Below are positions 36,950 to 46,829 of a stretch of DNA of 64,000 nucleotides, piece after piece. The DNA is taken from contig CAVQEQ010000003.1 of the NCBI GenBank assembly GCA_963711565.1, forward strand, positions 672,001 to 736,000, read 5' to 3'. The number at the start of each line of letters is the position of its first letter. The first letter of the stretch is position 1. The stretch comes from an uncultured delta proteobacterium (GTDB taxonomy: Bacteria > Desulfobacterota > Binatia > Binatales > Binataceae). The position numbers were made by a program, and so were the translations under genes. The notes below the pieces were generated by a model. The model searched no databases, had not been told where the DNA came from, and saw only the letters and a list, made by a program, of their open reading frames with translations.

Positions 36950-38191
36950 TCACATCGCGCGTAACCGATCGAGTATCGTCTCGTCAAACATCTCAGCCGG
37001 CAGGATTTCAGGTCCGACAAAGGTGGCCGGAGTCAGATCGGGGGAATTATTGCTCATCCGTGCTTCGCGGACTTTCAGGCGACGCGCGCGGGCATGGTCG
37101 CCGAATTCCACGCTCAGGATTGAAAAGGTCGAGGCCGTGAGCCTGAGCCGGCGCATCCGCTCGCGCCGCTCCTCCGCGTAGGGGCGAAAGAGGTCCGGCG
37201 TCCAGTTGCGATTTTCTAGCATCAGGTCGCGCACGATGCGCACGTCGCGATAGCTGATCGAAAGCCCCTGCCCGATGATCGGATCATTGTGGCCGGCCGC
37301 GTCCCCGATCAGCACGACCCCGGGAACGTATGGCACGTCGGTCCAGGTGTCCTCGTTGCCGTAGGAATTGCACGGCCCCGACGGAGTGCCATTGGCGAGA
37401 TGCTCGCTGCCGGGGACACTTGCCAGGCGGAAGGCGTCGAGGAACCGCGCCTGGTTGTCGGCGCCCGCAAAGCGGCGCTTGTCGTCGATGCCGTAACAAA
37501 TGTAGAGACGCACGCGCTCCGACGATTGCGGGAACGCGAGAAAGTTGACGCGCGCCTCGGTGCCGAAGATCTGCAAATCCGCCGGCCAACCGGTAGTGCC
37601 ATCGACCAGCATCCCGGCCATCAGGTGATGCGTCGGATCGCGATGCTGATCGATGCCGGCCTGCGAGCGCACGACGGAGTTGCGGCCGTCGGCGCCGATG
37701 ATGATGCGCGGATTGAACTTGCGCTCGACGCCGTCGTGCCGGAATCGCACCTCGGGGGCCAATCCCGGCGTTACTTGCACTTCGGTCACGCCGCGGATCA
37801 GCTCGGCGCCTGATTTTATCGCTTCAGCGTTGAGCAAATCGCACATCACAGGATGCCGCATGCATAGCGGCGGCTTGAAGCCCGCGCCCTCGAAGGCGGT
37901 GAGATCGAGCGGCTGCGATTCCGCGGTGGCGGGGTCAACCTCGTCGCTGTATGCGATGTGACGGCCAAGATGATGCCCACCGGCGGCCAGCAATGTTTCG
38001 TACAGGCCGAGGCGCTCAGTTTCCGCGACGCCCCACGGCGCGAGCCATTCGCCGCGCACGTGGTCGATATGCACGAGCGACTTTTCGAGGAGCGTCACCG
38101 CTATGCCGGCGCGAGCGAGCACCGTCGCAAGCGCGCTGCCGCCGATTCCTGCGCCGACGATCACGACCTCGGGGTTAGTGTGTTTCTCCAT
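36950..38191 (-). CDS. FAD-dependent monooxygenase/oxidoreductase
   Basis: GAGIGG, IIGADGRNS, LIGDAAGHNDPIIGQG. Confidence 0.9.
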   Translation of the reverse strand: MEKHTNPEVVIVGAGIGGSALATVLARAGIAVTLLEKSLVHIDHVRGEWLAPWGVAETERLGLYETLLAAGGHHLGRHIAYSDEVDPATAESQPLDLTAFEGAGFKPPLCMRHPVMCDLLNAEAIKSGAELIRGVTEVQVTPGLAPEVRFRHDGVERKFNPRIIIGADGRNSVVRSQAGIDQHRDPTHHLMAGMLVDGTTGWPADLQIFGTEARVNFLAFPQSSERVRLYICYGIDDKRRFAGADNQARFLDAFRLASVPGSEHLANGTPSGPCNSYGNEDTWTDVPYVPGVVLIGDAAGHNDPIIGQGLSISYRDVRIVRDLMLENRNWTPDLFRPYAEERRERMRRLRLTASTFSILSVEFGDHARARRLKVREARMSNNSPDLTPATFVGPEILPAEMFDETILDRLRAM

Positions 38192-38196
38192 GCGGC

Positions 38197-39681
38197 TCAG
38201 TTCACGAGGGTGTCGAAATATGCGGTTTCGATTTTGTTTGCGCGTTTGAACTGTAGAAAAATCCGGTAGTGACCTGGAGTCGGGAACCCGTAGGGGATCG
38301 AGAGTTCCGGTGAGATTGGGGCGGCATTCGCGCCTGGGTTCATGTTCATGTCGGACATGTTCATACCCGCCATCGAATCGGACGAGTTGGAGCTGACCAT
38401 CATCAGCGCCGCCATCGGGACCGAGCCCGACGGATGGATGTGCGCGAACACTTGCAGGTCGGAGCTGACGATCTCGGCGTGCGCGGCCATTCCCATATAG
38501 GGTTCCACGTCGGTCGCGGGCTTGCCGTTCTGATCCTGCACTTCGAAGCGGAGGATCGTTGGCGCGTTCGCCTTAAGGGTGGAGCTGGCGCGCTGCCAGA
38601 TCACATGCGTGCCGTCGTTGAGTACGTCGAGAGAAGAATTCGACGATGACGTTAGCGGGAGCGCCTGGCCGCCGCTGTCGTCGCCGCTCAGCGGCGTGCC
38701 GTTTATCGCGGGCAAGTCGATCGAGCCGACCAGCGTCCAGGGAAATCCGGTTTGGCCTACGATGTCGGCGAACACGGTGTAGTGGCCGGGCTCGACCGAG
38801 GGGAGCGTGTCCACGAACGAGCCGTCGGGCTGTCGCGCCGGATGCAGATGCCAGATGCGGTCGAGCGCGGGCATGCGCACGAGGAACAGATGCATCAGAT
38901 GGCCGTGGTCGGGCACGATAGTGTCCATGACTCCAAACCGCAGCCAATCCTTATCGTCAGGCGACGGGCGAATCGCGAGGCGGTTGCCATCGACAAGAGT
39001 CAGCGCGAGCTTCGGCGGTTTGAACAGTTTTGTGACGGCGGCGTAGCTCCGCGCGTCGGAGTTCCACCACGCGAACGCGAGATAAAAGATCGCAGCCGTG
39101 ATGACCGACATTAGCGCCATCGCGCGCCATCCGCGCCGCTTGAGCTCAGGCGTGACGAACGCACCGGGAGCGAGGCGCGCTTCGCGAGCTGCCCCGCCGA
39201 CGATCGAAATCGCGCCAAGTGCCAAACCGATCGCGAGCGTCAGCAGTAAGGCGCCGAGCGCCGGCGGCATCGGCAACATCCGGCGCGCTGCCGACGGCAC
39301 GGGCACCGACATTTGCGCTGAACCACGAGCACCGGCGACGTTTATCAGCACTCGCATCGAGCCGTACTCCATCAGCCAGAGGCTCGAGGTGAAAAGATGC
39401 GGGTCGATGGGGGAGCGATTCGCAACGTCGGGCACGGGAGCATACTGCGAGCCCGCGCCGGCGAGCCGCGTCACCGCGGTGCTGACCTGGCGCACGTCGT
39501 TGGAGTCGGCACGAATCTGCACGTCAGCGACGCCGGGGATCACGGCGGGAACGTTGACCGTCACGAACAGGTGATACGGGCCCGCGTCGCCTTCGTAAAA
39601 GACGTTGGGACTGCCGACGTGCGCGTTCGCCGGAACGGCAAACAGCAGCATCGCGACCGCGAGCATCGCGGCGCGCCGCAT
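38197..39681 (-). CDS. Exported His/Met-rich membrane-anchored protein, probable copper-binding
   Basis: Signal peptide ANA|H, two central TM helices, DHGHLMHLF, WHLHP, PYMGMAAH, FAHIHP, Met-rich loop; start uncertain. Confidence 0.75.
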   Translation of the reverse strand: MRRAAMLAVAMLLFAVPANAHVGSPNVFYEGDAGPYHLFVTVNVPAVIPGVADVQIRADSNDVRQVSTAVTRLAGAGSQYAPVPDVANRSPIDPHLFTSSLWLMEYGSMRVLINVAGARGSAQMSVPVPSAARRMLPMPPALGALLLTLAIGLALGAISIVGGAAREARLAPGAFVTPELKRRGWRAMALMSVITAAIFYLAFAWWNSDARSYAAVTKLFKPPKLALTLVDGNRLAIRPSPDDKDWLRFGVMDTIVPDHGHLMHLFLVRMPALDRIWHLHPARQPDGSFVDTLPSVEPGHYTVFADIVGQTGFPWTLVGSIDLPAINGTPLSGDDSGGQALPLTSSSNSSLDVLNDGTHVIWQRASSTLKANAPTILRFEVQDQNGKPATDVEPYMGMAAHAEIVSSDLQVFAHIHPSGSVPMAALMMVSSNSSDSMAGMNMSDMNMNPGANAAPISPELSIPYGFPTPGHYRIFLQFKRANKIETAYFDTLVN

Positions 39682-39725
39682 GATTGCACACGATGCGGAC
39701 AGCATTGGGAGCGTGCGGCGCACAG

Positions 39726-40919
39726 TCAGCGGCGGACGGTGCGCATCCAGTTGCCCAGCGCCATTCCGAGCGAGCAGAAGACGATCGAGATCACGAGTGC
39801 TAACGCCATTCCTCGCGCGAGGGCGGCAGACGTCGGCTCGAGAACGAAACGGTACGGATTGTAGAGCACGACGGCCGGGTCGAAGAATGTGAAATAGTTG
39901 GCGCCGAAGATAGCATTGCGCGCGGCCGGCGAGATGAGGAAATCCCCGAACGGCCACTGCGCCGCAACGAACGCCGCGAGGAAAACGCAGCCGGCAGCAA
40001 CAGCGGATTTCCAGCCGCCCCACTTCGCGCCCATCGAGGCGCGCAGGAGGTCGAGCGCGAATGCGGGCACGATCACCAGCACCGGGAACCACAGCGGAAC
40101 CATGTGCGTGATGTGCTGATAGACGGGACCGAGCTTGGGCGCGGCGGGGAACATCGGGAAAATCCACAGACCCGCGAGAAACAGCGCGGTGTAGATAGCC
40201 GCCATCGTGGTAGCCGGCCAGCGACTCTTCGAGACGGCGGAGATTGCGATGAGCGGAATGGGAAACGCGATCGCCACTGCGCGATAGAAACCGGGGTTGT
40301 GCATGAACTCCATCGGCGTCGATTCGAGGATGAAAGTCGCGGAGCCTGCGACGACGATGCCGCCGATGGCGAGCAGCAGCCAGTCGAGCTTGCGCTGATA
40401 GGCGCCGGTCGCGCGATTGAGATGCGCGCATACTAAGAGCATCGCGCCGAACTCGATCATCAGCTCGCCGAGGCCCAGCATCGAGTGCGGCAGGCTGACG
40501 ATTTTGACATCGAGTCCGTAGGCGTTGTGCCACCAGTTGTCGAATGGCGCCGAGGTAAGCATCGCGAATCCGCCCCACGCCGCCATGAAACATCCGAGCG
40601 GCCCGCGAAATCCCCAGACCGAGATGCCGGAGTCCCGGGCGTCCTGCGAGGAGCCGAAAGTGGTGGACAGAATCGCGTAGCCGCTGGCGACGCCGGCAAG
40701 CACGCCCGCGAGGTAAATCATCATGTGCGCCGGCGTCCAGAAGGTGTCACGGCCGATCGAGATATGCCACGAGATGTCCCAATAGCCACCGGACCAATCG
40801 GCGGCGGTGGCGGCGGCGAGGCACCATACGTACCAGGGAATCGAGGCGGTGCGCTCGGCGGCGACGATCCGGACGTTGGCGCGCTCGCGCAGATCGAAGG
40901 TAGCGGCGGCATTTCCCAT
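39726..40919 (-). CDS. Polytopic membrane protein with PmoC/AmoC-like metal-site motifs
   Basis: WDISWHISIGRDTFWTPAH and FDNWWHNAYGLDVKIVSLPH; many hydrophobic segments; GGAG RBS. Confidence 0.75.
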   Translation of the reverse strand: MGNAAATFDLRERANVRIVAAERTASIPWYVWCLAAATAADWSGGYWDISWHISIGRDTFWTPAHMMIYLAGVLAGVASGYAILSTTFGSSQDARDSGISVWGFRGPLGCFMAAWGGFAMLTSAPFDNWWHNAYGLDVKIVSLPHSMLGLGELMIEFGAMLLVCAHLNRATGAYQRKLDWLLLAIGGIVVAGSATFILESTPMEFMHNPGFYRAVAIAFPIPLIAISAVSKSRWPATTMAAIYTALFLAGLWIFPMFPAAPKLGPVYQHITHMVPLWFPVLVIVPAFALDLLRASMGAKWGGWKSAVAAGCVFLAAFVAAQWPFGDFLISPAARNAIFGANYFTFFDPAVVLYNPYRFVLEPTSAALARGMALALVISIVFCSLGMALGNWMRTVRR

Positions 40920-41084
40920 GGCTGATTCTCCGCGACGATTGTAGCTTTATCCGGCGCGTCCGCCCACAGGCGCGAGGGATAGGGATTTTTCGCTGAAGTC
41001 CCGCTTGAGCGCCATCCTGAGCGCCGGTTTGCCTTCGACGGAAATCCCGGCTAAGCAGGTTGACCGCACGGCAGGGGCGCAATT

Positions 41085-42488
41085 TTGGGGGGAATCCAGC
41101 TTCGACGATTCGTCGCGATAATCGCATCGGCATGCGTTGTTGCCGCATTGTTCTGCAACGTCGCCTTGTCGCAGGATGGCGTTTTGAGCGGAGACGAGGC
41201 GGCGGTGGTGAAAGCTCGCGTCCAGAAGATTCGCGGACTCAAGCTCAAACACGATGTGCCGGTGACCTATCTCAGCGTCGAGGAAACGGAAGCCCGCTTC
41301 AGAACCGAGTTCGCGAAGCAGATAAGCCAGGAGGAAATCGATACAGGCGTCGAGGAGAACAAGATGATTGGCCTCTATCCGCCCGATCTGAAAATCGAGC
41401 GCAAAGACCTGGCCGATATGACGCTCGAGCTGGCGGGCTTCTACGACGCCCATCACAAGGACATCGTCATCATCGATCGGCCGGTCACGATTGCGCTACC
41501 GGATCGATATCGAGATGCCGTGACCGAGATGAAAAAGCTCGACACGGCGGGGACCCTTGGGCACGAGCTGACGCATGCTCTCCAGGACCAGAACTTCGAC
41601 ATCGAAGCCGCGCAAAAGAAGTACAAGGGCGATAGCGATCGCGAGCTCGCCTACAAGGCAATCGTCGAAGGCGACGCGACGCTGTCGGGATTTTCGGTGG
41701 TGACCGGGCGCGTCGATGACCAGACGATCGATTACTTCGATTCGCATCTGCAGGACATCGTGCCGATATTCATGGGACGGATGGAAGGCAAGCCGCGCGC
41801 GATGACTTACCCTTTTATTTTTCAGTACACCGAAGGCGCCCGCTTCGTCGCCGAAGCCTTCCATCGCAAGGGCTGGGCCGGCGTCAATGCACTGTTCACG
41901 GGGCCGCCGTTATCGACGCAGCAGATCATGCATCCCGAACTTTACTTTGATACGCCGACTCCGGCCCTGACCGTCAAGCTGGCCGGCTACGAAAAAGTTC
42001 TGCGCGACTGGAAAAAGGTCGATGAGGATACGCTCGGCGAGCTGATGCTGAAGATCATGATCGAGCGCACGATGGGCGAGGATACGCCGTACGTCGAGGC
42101 GTCCACCAAGTGGGCGGGCGATCGAATCGTCGCGCTGCAAAAGGGAAAATCGCTGACCGTGCTCTGGATGATCGTGTTCCGCAGCGCGGGCGCCGCCGAT
42201 AACTTCGCTCGGCTCTACTCGGGAATCCTCGGCCAGGTGCTGCCGGGCACGACGGCCCGGAAGATCGACCGGCGCGGACCCGCGGTCTTCGTAATGATCG
42301 GCGACGGAGCTATCCGGAACCACGAGTACCTGCCCGAAGTCTGGAAGCAAAGCAGCATCAACGGCGCTCCAGTCGAATCCTACGCGCCCGTCGCAGGCAG
42401 CCAGCAAGCCGCGTCGCCACAATCAGCCGCACAGCAACCGCACCCAGCCCCCACCCCGGAATCGCCTCGCACAATAGAGGCTGATTGA
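41085..42488 (+). CDS. Secreted putative zinc metallopeptidase (HExxH...E)
   Basis: Signal peptide, AGFYD, GHELTHALQDQ, EGDAT, PPLSTQQIMHPE. Confidence 0.78.
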   Translation: MGGIQLRRFVAIIASACVVAALFCNVALSQDGVLSGDEAAVVKARVQKIRGLKLKHDVPVTYLSVEETEARFRTEFAKQISQEEIDTGVEENKMIGLYPPDLKIERKDLADMTLELAGFYDAHHKDIVIIDRPVTIALPDRYRDAVTEMKKLDTAGTLGHELTHALQDQNFDIEAAQKKYKGDSDRELAYKAIVEGDATLSGFSVVTGRVDDQTIDYFDSHLQDIVPIFMGRMEGKPRAMTYPFIFQYTEGARFVAEAFHRKGWAGVNALFTGPPLSTQQIMHPELYFDTPTPALTVKLAGYEKVLRDWKKVDEDTLGELMLKIMIERTMGEDTPYVEASTKWAGDRIVALQKGKSLTVLWMIVFRSAGAADNFARLYSGILGQVLPGTTARKIDRRGPAVFVMIGDGAIRNHEYLPEVWKQSSINGAPVESYAPVAGSQQAASPQSAAQQPHPAPTPESPRTIEAD

Positions 42489-42539
42489 CAACTGGACAGA
42501 CGCGCACTCGAAGTCTTCGCTGAAAACTGCCACTAACAA

Positions 42540-43799
42540 TCACGACAGGAACGACGGAGTCGTGCGGGTGCGGGACAAGACTGCGAAGGCGCGCAGGCCG
42601 TCGGTGAAATACGGATCGCCGGTCAGGTTGTGACGGGGCGCATCGGCGGATGCGGCCTCCACTCCACGGACGAAGCCGAGGCGGGCAACGCGGCGCGAGG
42701 CCAGCAGATCGTCGAGCACGTAGTCGCGCGCTTCATCGACGTTGGGATCGATCTGATGTGTCGTCAGGTTCCAGGTCTTGAGCGTGAAGCGAACGCCGAT
42801 GTCGCGGCTGACCTGGCCGATCCAGACTGGATCACCGCCGAATCGAATCTGCGTACTCCACAATCGCAGATGCAGGCGCTCGTTGAGGCTCGCGCGGGCG
42901 CGTTGCAGCGCGAAGTCTTGCTGACGTCCGCCGAGATACAGCGGACTCACCGGAGAGTATCGGTATTGCGACTCGAGCAGGAACGCCTTGGCGGTTTTCC
43001 ACGACGTGCCGAGCGTGATCGACTCGGTCTCATCCCATTTGTTGAGGCATTCCTGGATACTGGCGCGGTCCCCCACGATTGCCAGGTTGAGCGGATCGCC
43101 CTCGACCGTCCCCGCCGCATTGCCGGTGCATCGCGGCTGCCTTTCAATCCAGGCCCGCACCGCAGCCTCGTCGAGTTGCTCGGCGCCGCTGTCTTCCTGC
43201 GCGGGATGCGGCAGCACCAGGCCGGGCACCTCGACCGTGAATTGGAAATCAAACGCGTGGCTGCGGCCGAGCAGGCGCAGGTCGATGCGTTTGACGCCTT
43301 CGTCCAGCGGGACGAAGACGAACCCGCTGGCCTTCTTCCCCGCCAGGATCATCCCGGTTGGGAATCCAATCGTGCGAAAGAGTCTCCTCATTCGATCGTT
43401 CGCGGCGCGCGCGGAAAATAGCTTGAGCGGCACCAACAGGAGCAGCGGAAGGAACAGCCATCCGAGCACGCCGAACGCCACCAGCCGCGTGCCGATCGCG
43501 AAACGCGTGACGTGCGCGGCCTCGAGCGGAGTGTAGTAGTCCGGGTCGAGCTGGACGCGGTCGAGCCAGAGCGATTCGTCGCCGCCGTTAACCACCTCAA
43601 GCCACACGGCCTGCAGCCGATGGCGTGCGAGCTTTACACCAAATATGCGCTCGCTCTCGCGATCGCTCGGCACGGCGACGGCGGCCTCAACGTCGTTGTC
43701 GCGGCGAGTCTGCACCCGCTCCATGAACGAGCGCTCGTCGGGATGCGGCGAGTAGTCGACGGTCAACCATCGCCGCAGTGATAACACGCTGTCCGACAT
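42540..43799 (-). CDS. LssY C-terminal domain-like protein
   Basis: GDPLNL, PVSPLYLGGRQQD, RLHLRLW, THQIDPNVDEARD, GDPYFTDG. Confidence 0.75.
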   Translation of the reverse strand: MSDSVLSLRRWLTVDYSPHPDERSFMERVQTRRDNDVEAAVAVPSDRESERIFGVKLARHRLQAVWLEVVNGGDESLWLDRVQLDPDYYTPLEAAHVTRFAIGTRLVAFGVLGWLFLPLLLLVPLKLFSARAANDRMRRLFRTIGFPTGMILAGKKASGFVFVPLDEGVKRIDLRLLGRSHAFDFQFTVEVPGLVLPHPAQEDSGAEQLDEAAVRAWIERQPRCTGNAAGTVEGDPLNLAIVGDRASIQECLNKWDETESITLGTSWKTAKAFLLESQYRYSPVSPLYLGGRQQDFALQRARASLNERLHLRLWSTQIRFGGDPVWIGQVSRDIGVRFTLKTWNLTTHQIDPNVDEARDYVLDDLLASRRVARLGFVRGVEAASADAPRHNLTGDPYFTDGLRAFAVLSRTRTTPSFLS

Positions 43800-43810
43800 G
43801 CGCTCGGTAT

Positions 43811-44404
43811 TCAGTCACACACGCAGTTGGAACATAGGCGTTGTTGCTGGGCGCTCGAAAAATTCAGACCGCTTGATGGCGAAACGGGCGAATTGGCTCC
43901 GATTACCCCTTGCACCGCGGCGGCCGAATTGGACCCGCCGGGGGCGCCAAAGGAATTTGCGGCACCCGCGTTCTGCGCCGCTCCCGGCAATCCACCGAAG
44001 AATCTCGCAGCATCGACGCCGCCCGCAGCTCCATAGGAAGGAGCCTTGCCCTGGTTGTAGGAAGCGCACGCGCCGCTCGCGCTATTGCTCGCGCCAAGGT
44101 ACGACGGTGCTGTCACTGTGCCCATCCAGTGCGTAGGCTGACCAGGACCGGAACACGTGCAGTTGAACAATCGCGCGCCGGGTGTCGAGTAGGCGGCGGG
44201 CAGCGACGGTACAGCTACTGGAATCGGCGCGATCGCGGTGCTGATTGGCGCCGGCAGTTGGGCTGGAGGGCTGGGCGGCAGCGCAGGTACTACCAACGGA
44301 TTGGTTGCAGGCAGTTGAGCGAATGCGACGGAGGCCAGCATCAGGGCAATTGCGAGCAGCGCGATAGACTTGAGTGCGGTCATTCTCAGAAGCGCGCGTA
44401 CCAT
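43811..44404 (-). CDS. Secreted Pro-rich, Cys-containing hypothetical protein
   Basis: Signal peptide AFA|Q, CTC and CSNCVCD motifs; overlaps the TolC gene end. Confidence 0.6.
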   Translation of the reverse strand: MVRALLRMTALKSIALLAIALMLASVAFAQLPATNPLVVPALPPSPPAQLPAPISTAIAPIPVAVPSLPAAYSTPGARLFNCTCSGPGQPTHWMGTVTAPSYLGASNSASGACASYNQGKAPSYGAAGGVDAARFFGGLPGAAQNAGAANSFGAPGGSNSAAAVQGVIGANSPVSPSSGLNFSSAQQQRLCSNCVCD

Positions 44405-46263
44405 GGCGGCCGAGTCTGGCTCTGCAGTTGAAAGTCGATGTTGAACTTGTCGAGCAGCGTGCCTTCAGAATGCCACAACGCCAGGCGCGCATTCTCCAAA
44501 CCGACATCGGCCTGAACCTCGCTACCCTGCGCGGTTACGAGATTGCTTTGGTACTGGAGCAGTGTGTTGGTGGTCGCCAGGCCGACGCGGAATTGCGCTT
44601 GAGTATCGTGCAGAGCCTTTTGTGCGTACTTGGTCGCTTCGGCAGTGGCGTCAACCTGCTCCTGGTAGGCGGTCAAATTCGCCAGCGCACTTTTGACCAG
44701 CAAAACCGACTGGTACAGCGCCTGGCGATACTGCATCCGGCTCTGATCGTACGCGACATGAGCCTGCGCGAGTGCGGCCTTCGCGGCGGCATTGTCGAGC
44801 GGCATCGAGAAGCCCAGCACCGCGGCATAGTCGTAAAATTTGAAATCGAAGAGTCCGTTCAACGCCGTGCCGTAGTCGCCTCCGAACGGAAGCAGCGCCC
44901 CGTTGTCAGATCCCGGCGGTACCGTGGGTCCGGACGGGCTGAAGCAGTTGGCGAACGCAGGGACAGTACCCGAGGTGGTGCATTTGGAGTTGCCGGCCTG
45001 TGAGGTCATGCCGAATTGCGCACCGATATTGAGTTGCGGCAATGTCTGGTTCTCGGCGTACTTGACCTGGATCAACGCGCTGCGAATCGCCTCGCGCATC
45101 CCGGCCAGCGCGGGACTGTCTTCGAGCATCGCCTTGAACGCGAAATCGTCCGTCTCGACTGCCCCGTACTTGGTGTCGGGTTGCTGCAACGGTTGTATTT
45201 CCGAGGCGAGCATCGCGCCGGCGTTGTTAGCCGCCACATCCTGGCGCAGCGTGGTGCGGGCGATTTCGAGGCCCGCCTTCGCCGCGGATACGTTCGCCCG
45301 CGCGGTGGCGGCGGCCGACAAGGCCTCCGACAGGTTGACCGCCGCCATCATGCCGAGCCGGACATTGTTGCCGTTAACCCGTACCAGATCGGCGTTGAAC
45401 TTCAGCGCTGAATCGGCGACCTGCAAGTTCTCGACGGCCTGCACCACGCCCCAATAATCGTTACCGATACGCTGGACGAAATCGTTGACCGATGAAGCAT
45501 AGTTCCATTGCGAGGACCGTTGCGCCGACTCGGCCAGGCGAACGTTAATCGTGGCAAACTGCCAGCCAAAATTCTGCAATAGCGGCTGCGACAGCGACAT
45601 CACCATGGTCGGCGTGTATACGGGATTGACCGGGCTGAATCCGGAATTGGTCAATTCGCGATCGTTGTTGAAGGTAATGCCCAAAGTGCCGTTGGTGGCG
45701 GAAAGTACTTTGCTTACCCCAAAGTTCCAGTCGTAGAACTTCGCCGTGTTGGTGATGCTGTTCGGGTTTTGAAACGGCGACGAGACCGGCGTGACCTCCT
45801 TTTCCACATCGATTTGCGAGCTGAGCTGAGGGTCGAACACGGCATTCGCCCCTTTGACGCTCTCGGTCGCCGCCACCGGGTCCAACGACACCGACATCAA
45901 GCCGGGATTATTCTCGAGCGCCAGGTAGATGGTCTCTTTGAGACTGAGCTTCTGCTGCTGATTGTCCTCGATCTGCGGGAAATAGTCGGTAGCTAGATTC
46001 TCGCGGTCGGGGATCCATTGGCGGGCGAACATTTTGGGCAGCGACAGGATCGGATTGGTCTCGAACTGGCGCGCCGCGCGGGAAGGAACGCTGACATTCA
46101 CCGGCGGCGCCGAGTTTTGCGATCCGATCAAGCTGGTTTGATTTGCGGCGCTGGCGCTCGAGCTGGCGGACGGCGCCTGCGCATACGCGAGCGGGATCGT
46201 CGCTGCCGTCAGGCCGACACTAAGGAGCACCGCACCTAAGACAGCAGAGTGCAATTTTTTCAT
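44386..46263 (-). CDS. TolC-family outer membrane efflux protein
   Basis: Signal peptide, ALENNP, SLSQPLL, QTLPQLN, two OEP-like halves. Confidence 0.88.
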   Translation of the reverse strand: MKKLHSAVLGAVLLSVGLTAATIPLAYAQAPSASSSASAANQTSLIGSQNSAPPVNVSVPSRAARQFETNPILSLPKMFARQWIPDRENLATDYFPQIEDNQQQKLSLKETIYLALENNPGLMSVSLDPVAATESVKGANAVFDPQLSSQIDVEKEVTPVSSPFQNPNSITNTAKFYDWNFGVSKVLSATNGTLGITFNNDRELTNSGFSPVNPVYTPTMVMSLSQPLLQNFGWQFATINVRLAESAQRSSQWNYASSVNDFVQRIGNDYWGVVQAVENLQVADSALKFNADLVRVNGNNVRLGMMAAVNLSEALSAAATARANVSAAKAGLEIARTTLRQDVAANNAGAMLASEIQPLQQPDTKYGAVETDDFAFKAMLEDSPALAGMREAIRSALIQVKYAENQTLPQLNIGAQFGMTSQAGNSKCTTSGTVPAFANCFSPSGPTVPPGSDNGALLPFGGDYGTALNGLFDFKFYDYAAVLGFSMPLDNAAAKAALAQAHVAYDQSRMQYRQALYQSVLLVKSALANLTAYQEQVDATAEATKYAQKALHDTQAQFRVGLATTNTLLQYQSNLVTAQGSEVQADVGLENARLALWHSEGTLLDKFNIDFQLQSQTRPPWYARF

Positions 46264-46651
46264 TTTGGTTAGGCTCGCGAGAACTTGCTGAGGTTATCCA
46301 GGCTGCCGCGGAATTGTATTTCGGCTGATATATTTTGAGAAGCGCCACGAACGCAAATCGCGGCAAACTTGCGACCCATTTCGCGCCCGCACTTTCAACA
46401 TACAGCCAGACCGGTCCGAATTAATTAGAGACGTACCGCTGCGGCGAAGGTTACAGCGTTTCGCCCTGCCCGCTCCATCGCAAAAGCGCAGTTGACTCTG
46501 GACGTGTACGCGCGGATATTCTCAGCAACTCCCTGATGGGAGGTGCATGGACGATGAATAGCCACCTTAAAGATCTTGCCGCATCGCACACGAGCGCGCC
46601 TCCGCTGAGCAGTAGTCGCCGGTAAGCATCCGGAAATTTCCCCGACATCGT

Positions 46652-46686
46652 AGCCACGGAGGCGAATGCTGCCGTGGCTTTTTTGC
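46652..46686 (+). terminator. Intrinsic terminator in the leader of the RIO kinase gene
   Basis: AGCCACGG...CCGTGGCT followed by a T run; no long + strand gene upstream. Confidence 0.65.
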
Positions 46687-46829
46687 GTCCGCTTCGCGCG
46701 AGGCTCGCGCGTGCGCGATTCGGCTAATCGACTTTGGAAAATCGCAAATGGAGGACGAAGCCATGACGGAAACCGCTCGGCAGAAAACCAGAGAGGTGCG
46801 AACGCAACTTCTAACTATTGAGGCAAGAA

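Noticed and set aside
38197-40593. 798-aa ORF as a single protein
   Set aside because: Its first 300 or so codons overlap the real 39726-40919 gene in another frame; the plausible protein starts at the signal peptide near 39681
38197-40919. Calling the locus pmoCAB/amoCAB
   Set aside because: There is no separate PmoA gene and no recognisable overall similarity to PmoB (no HGE start); only motif spacing and topology agree
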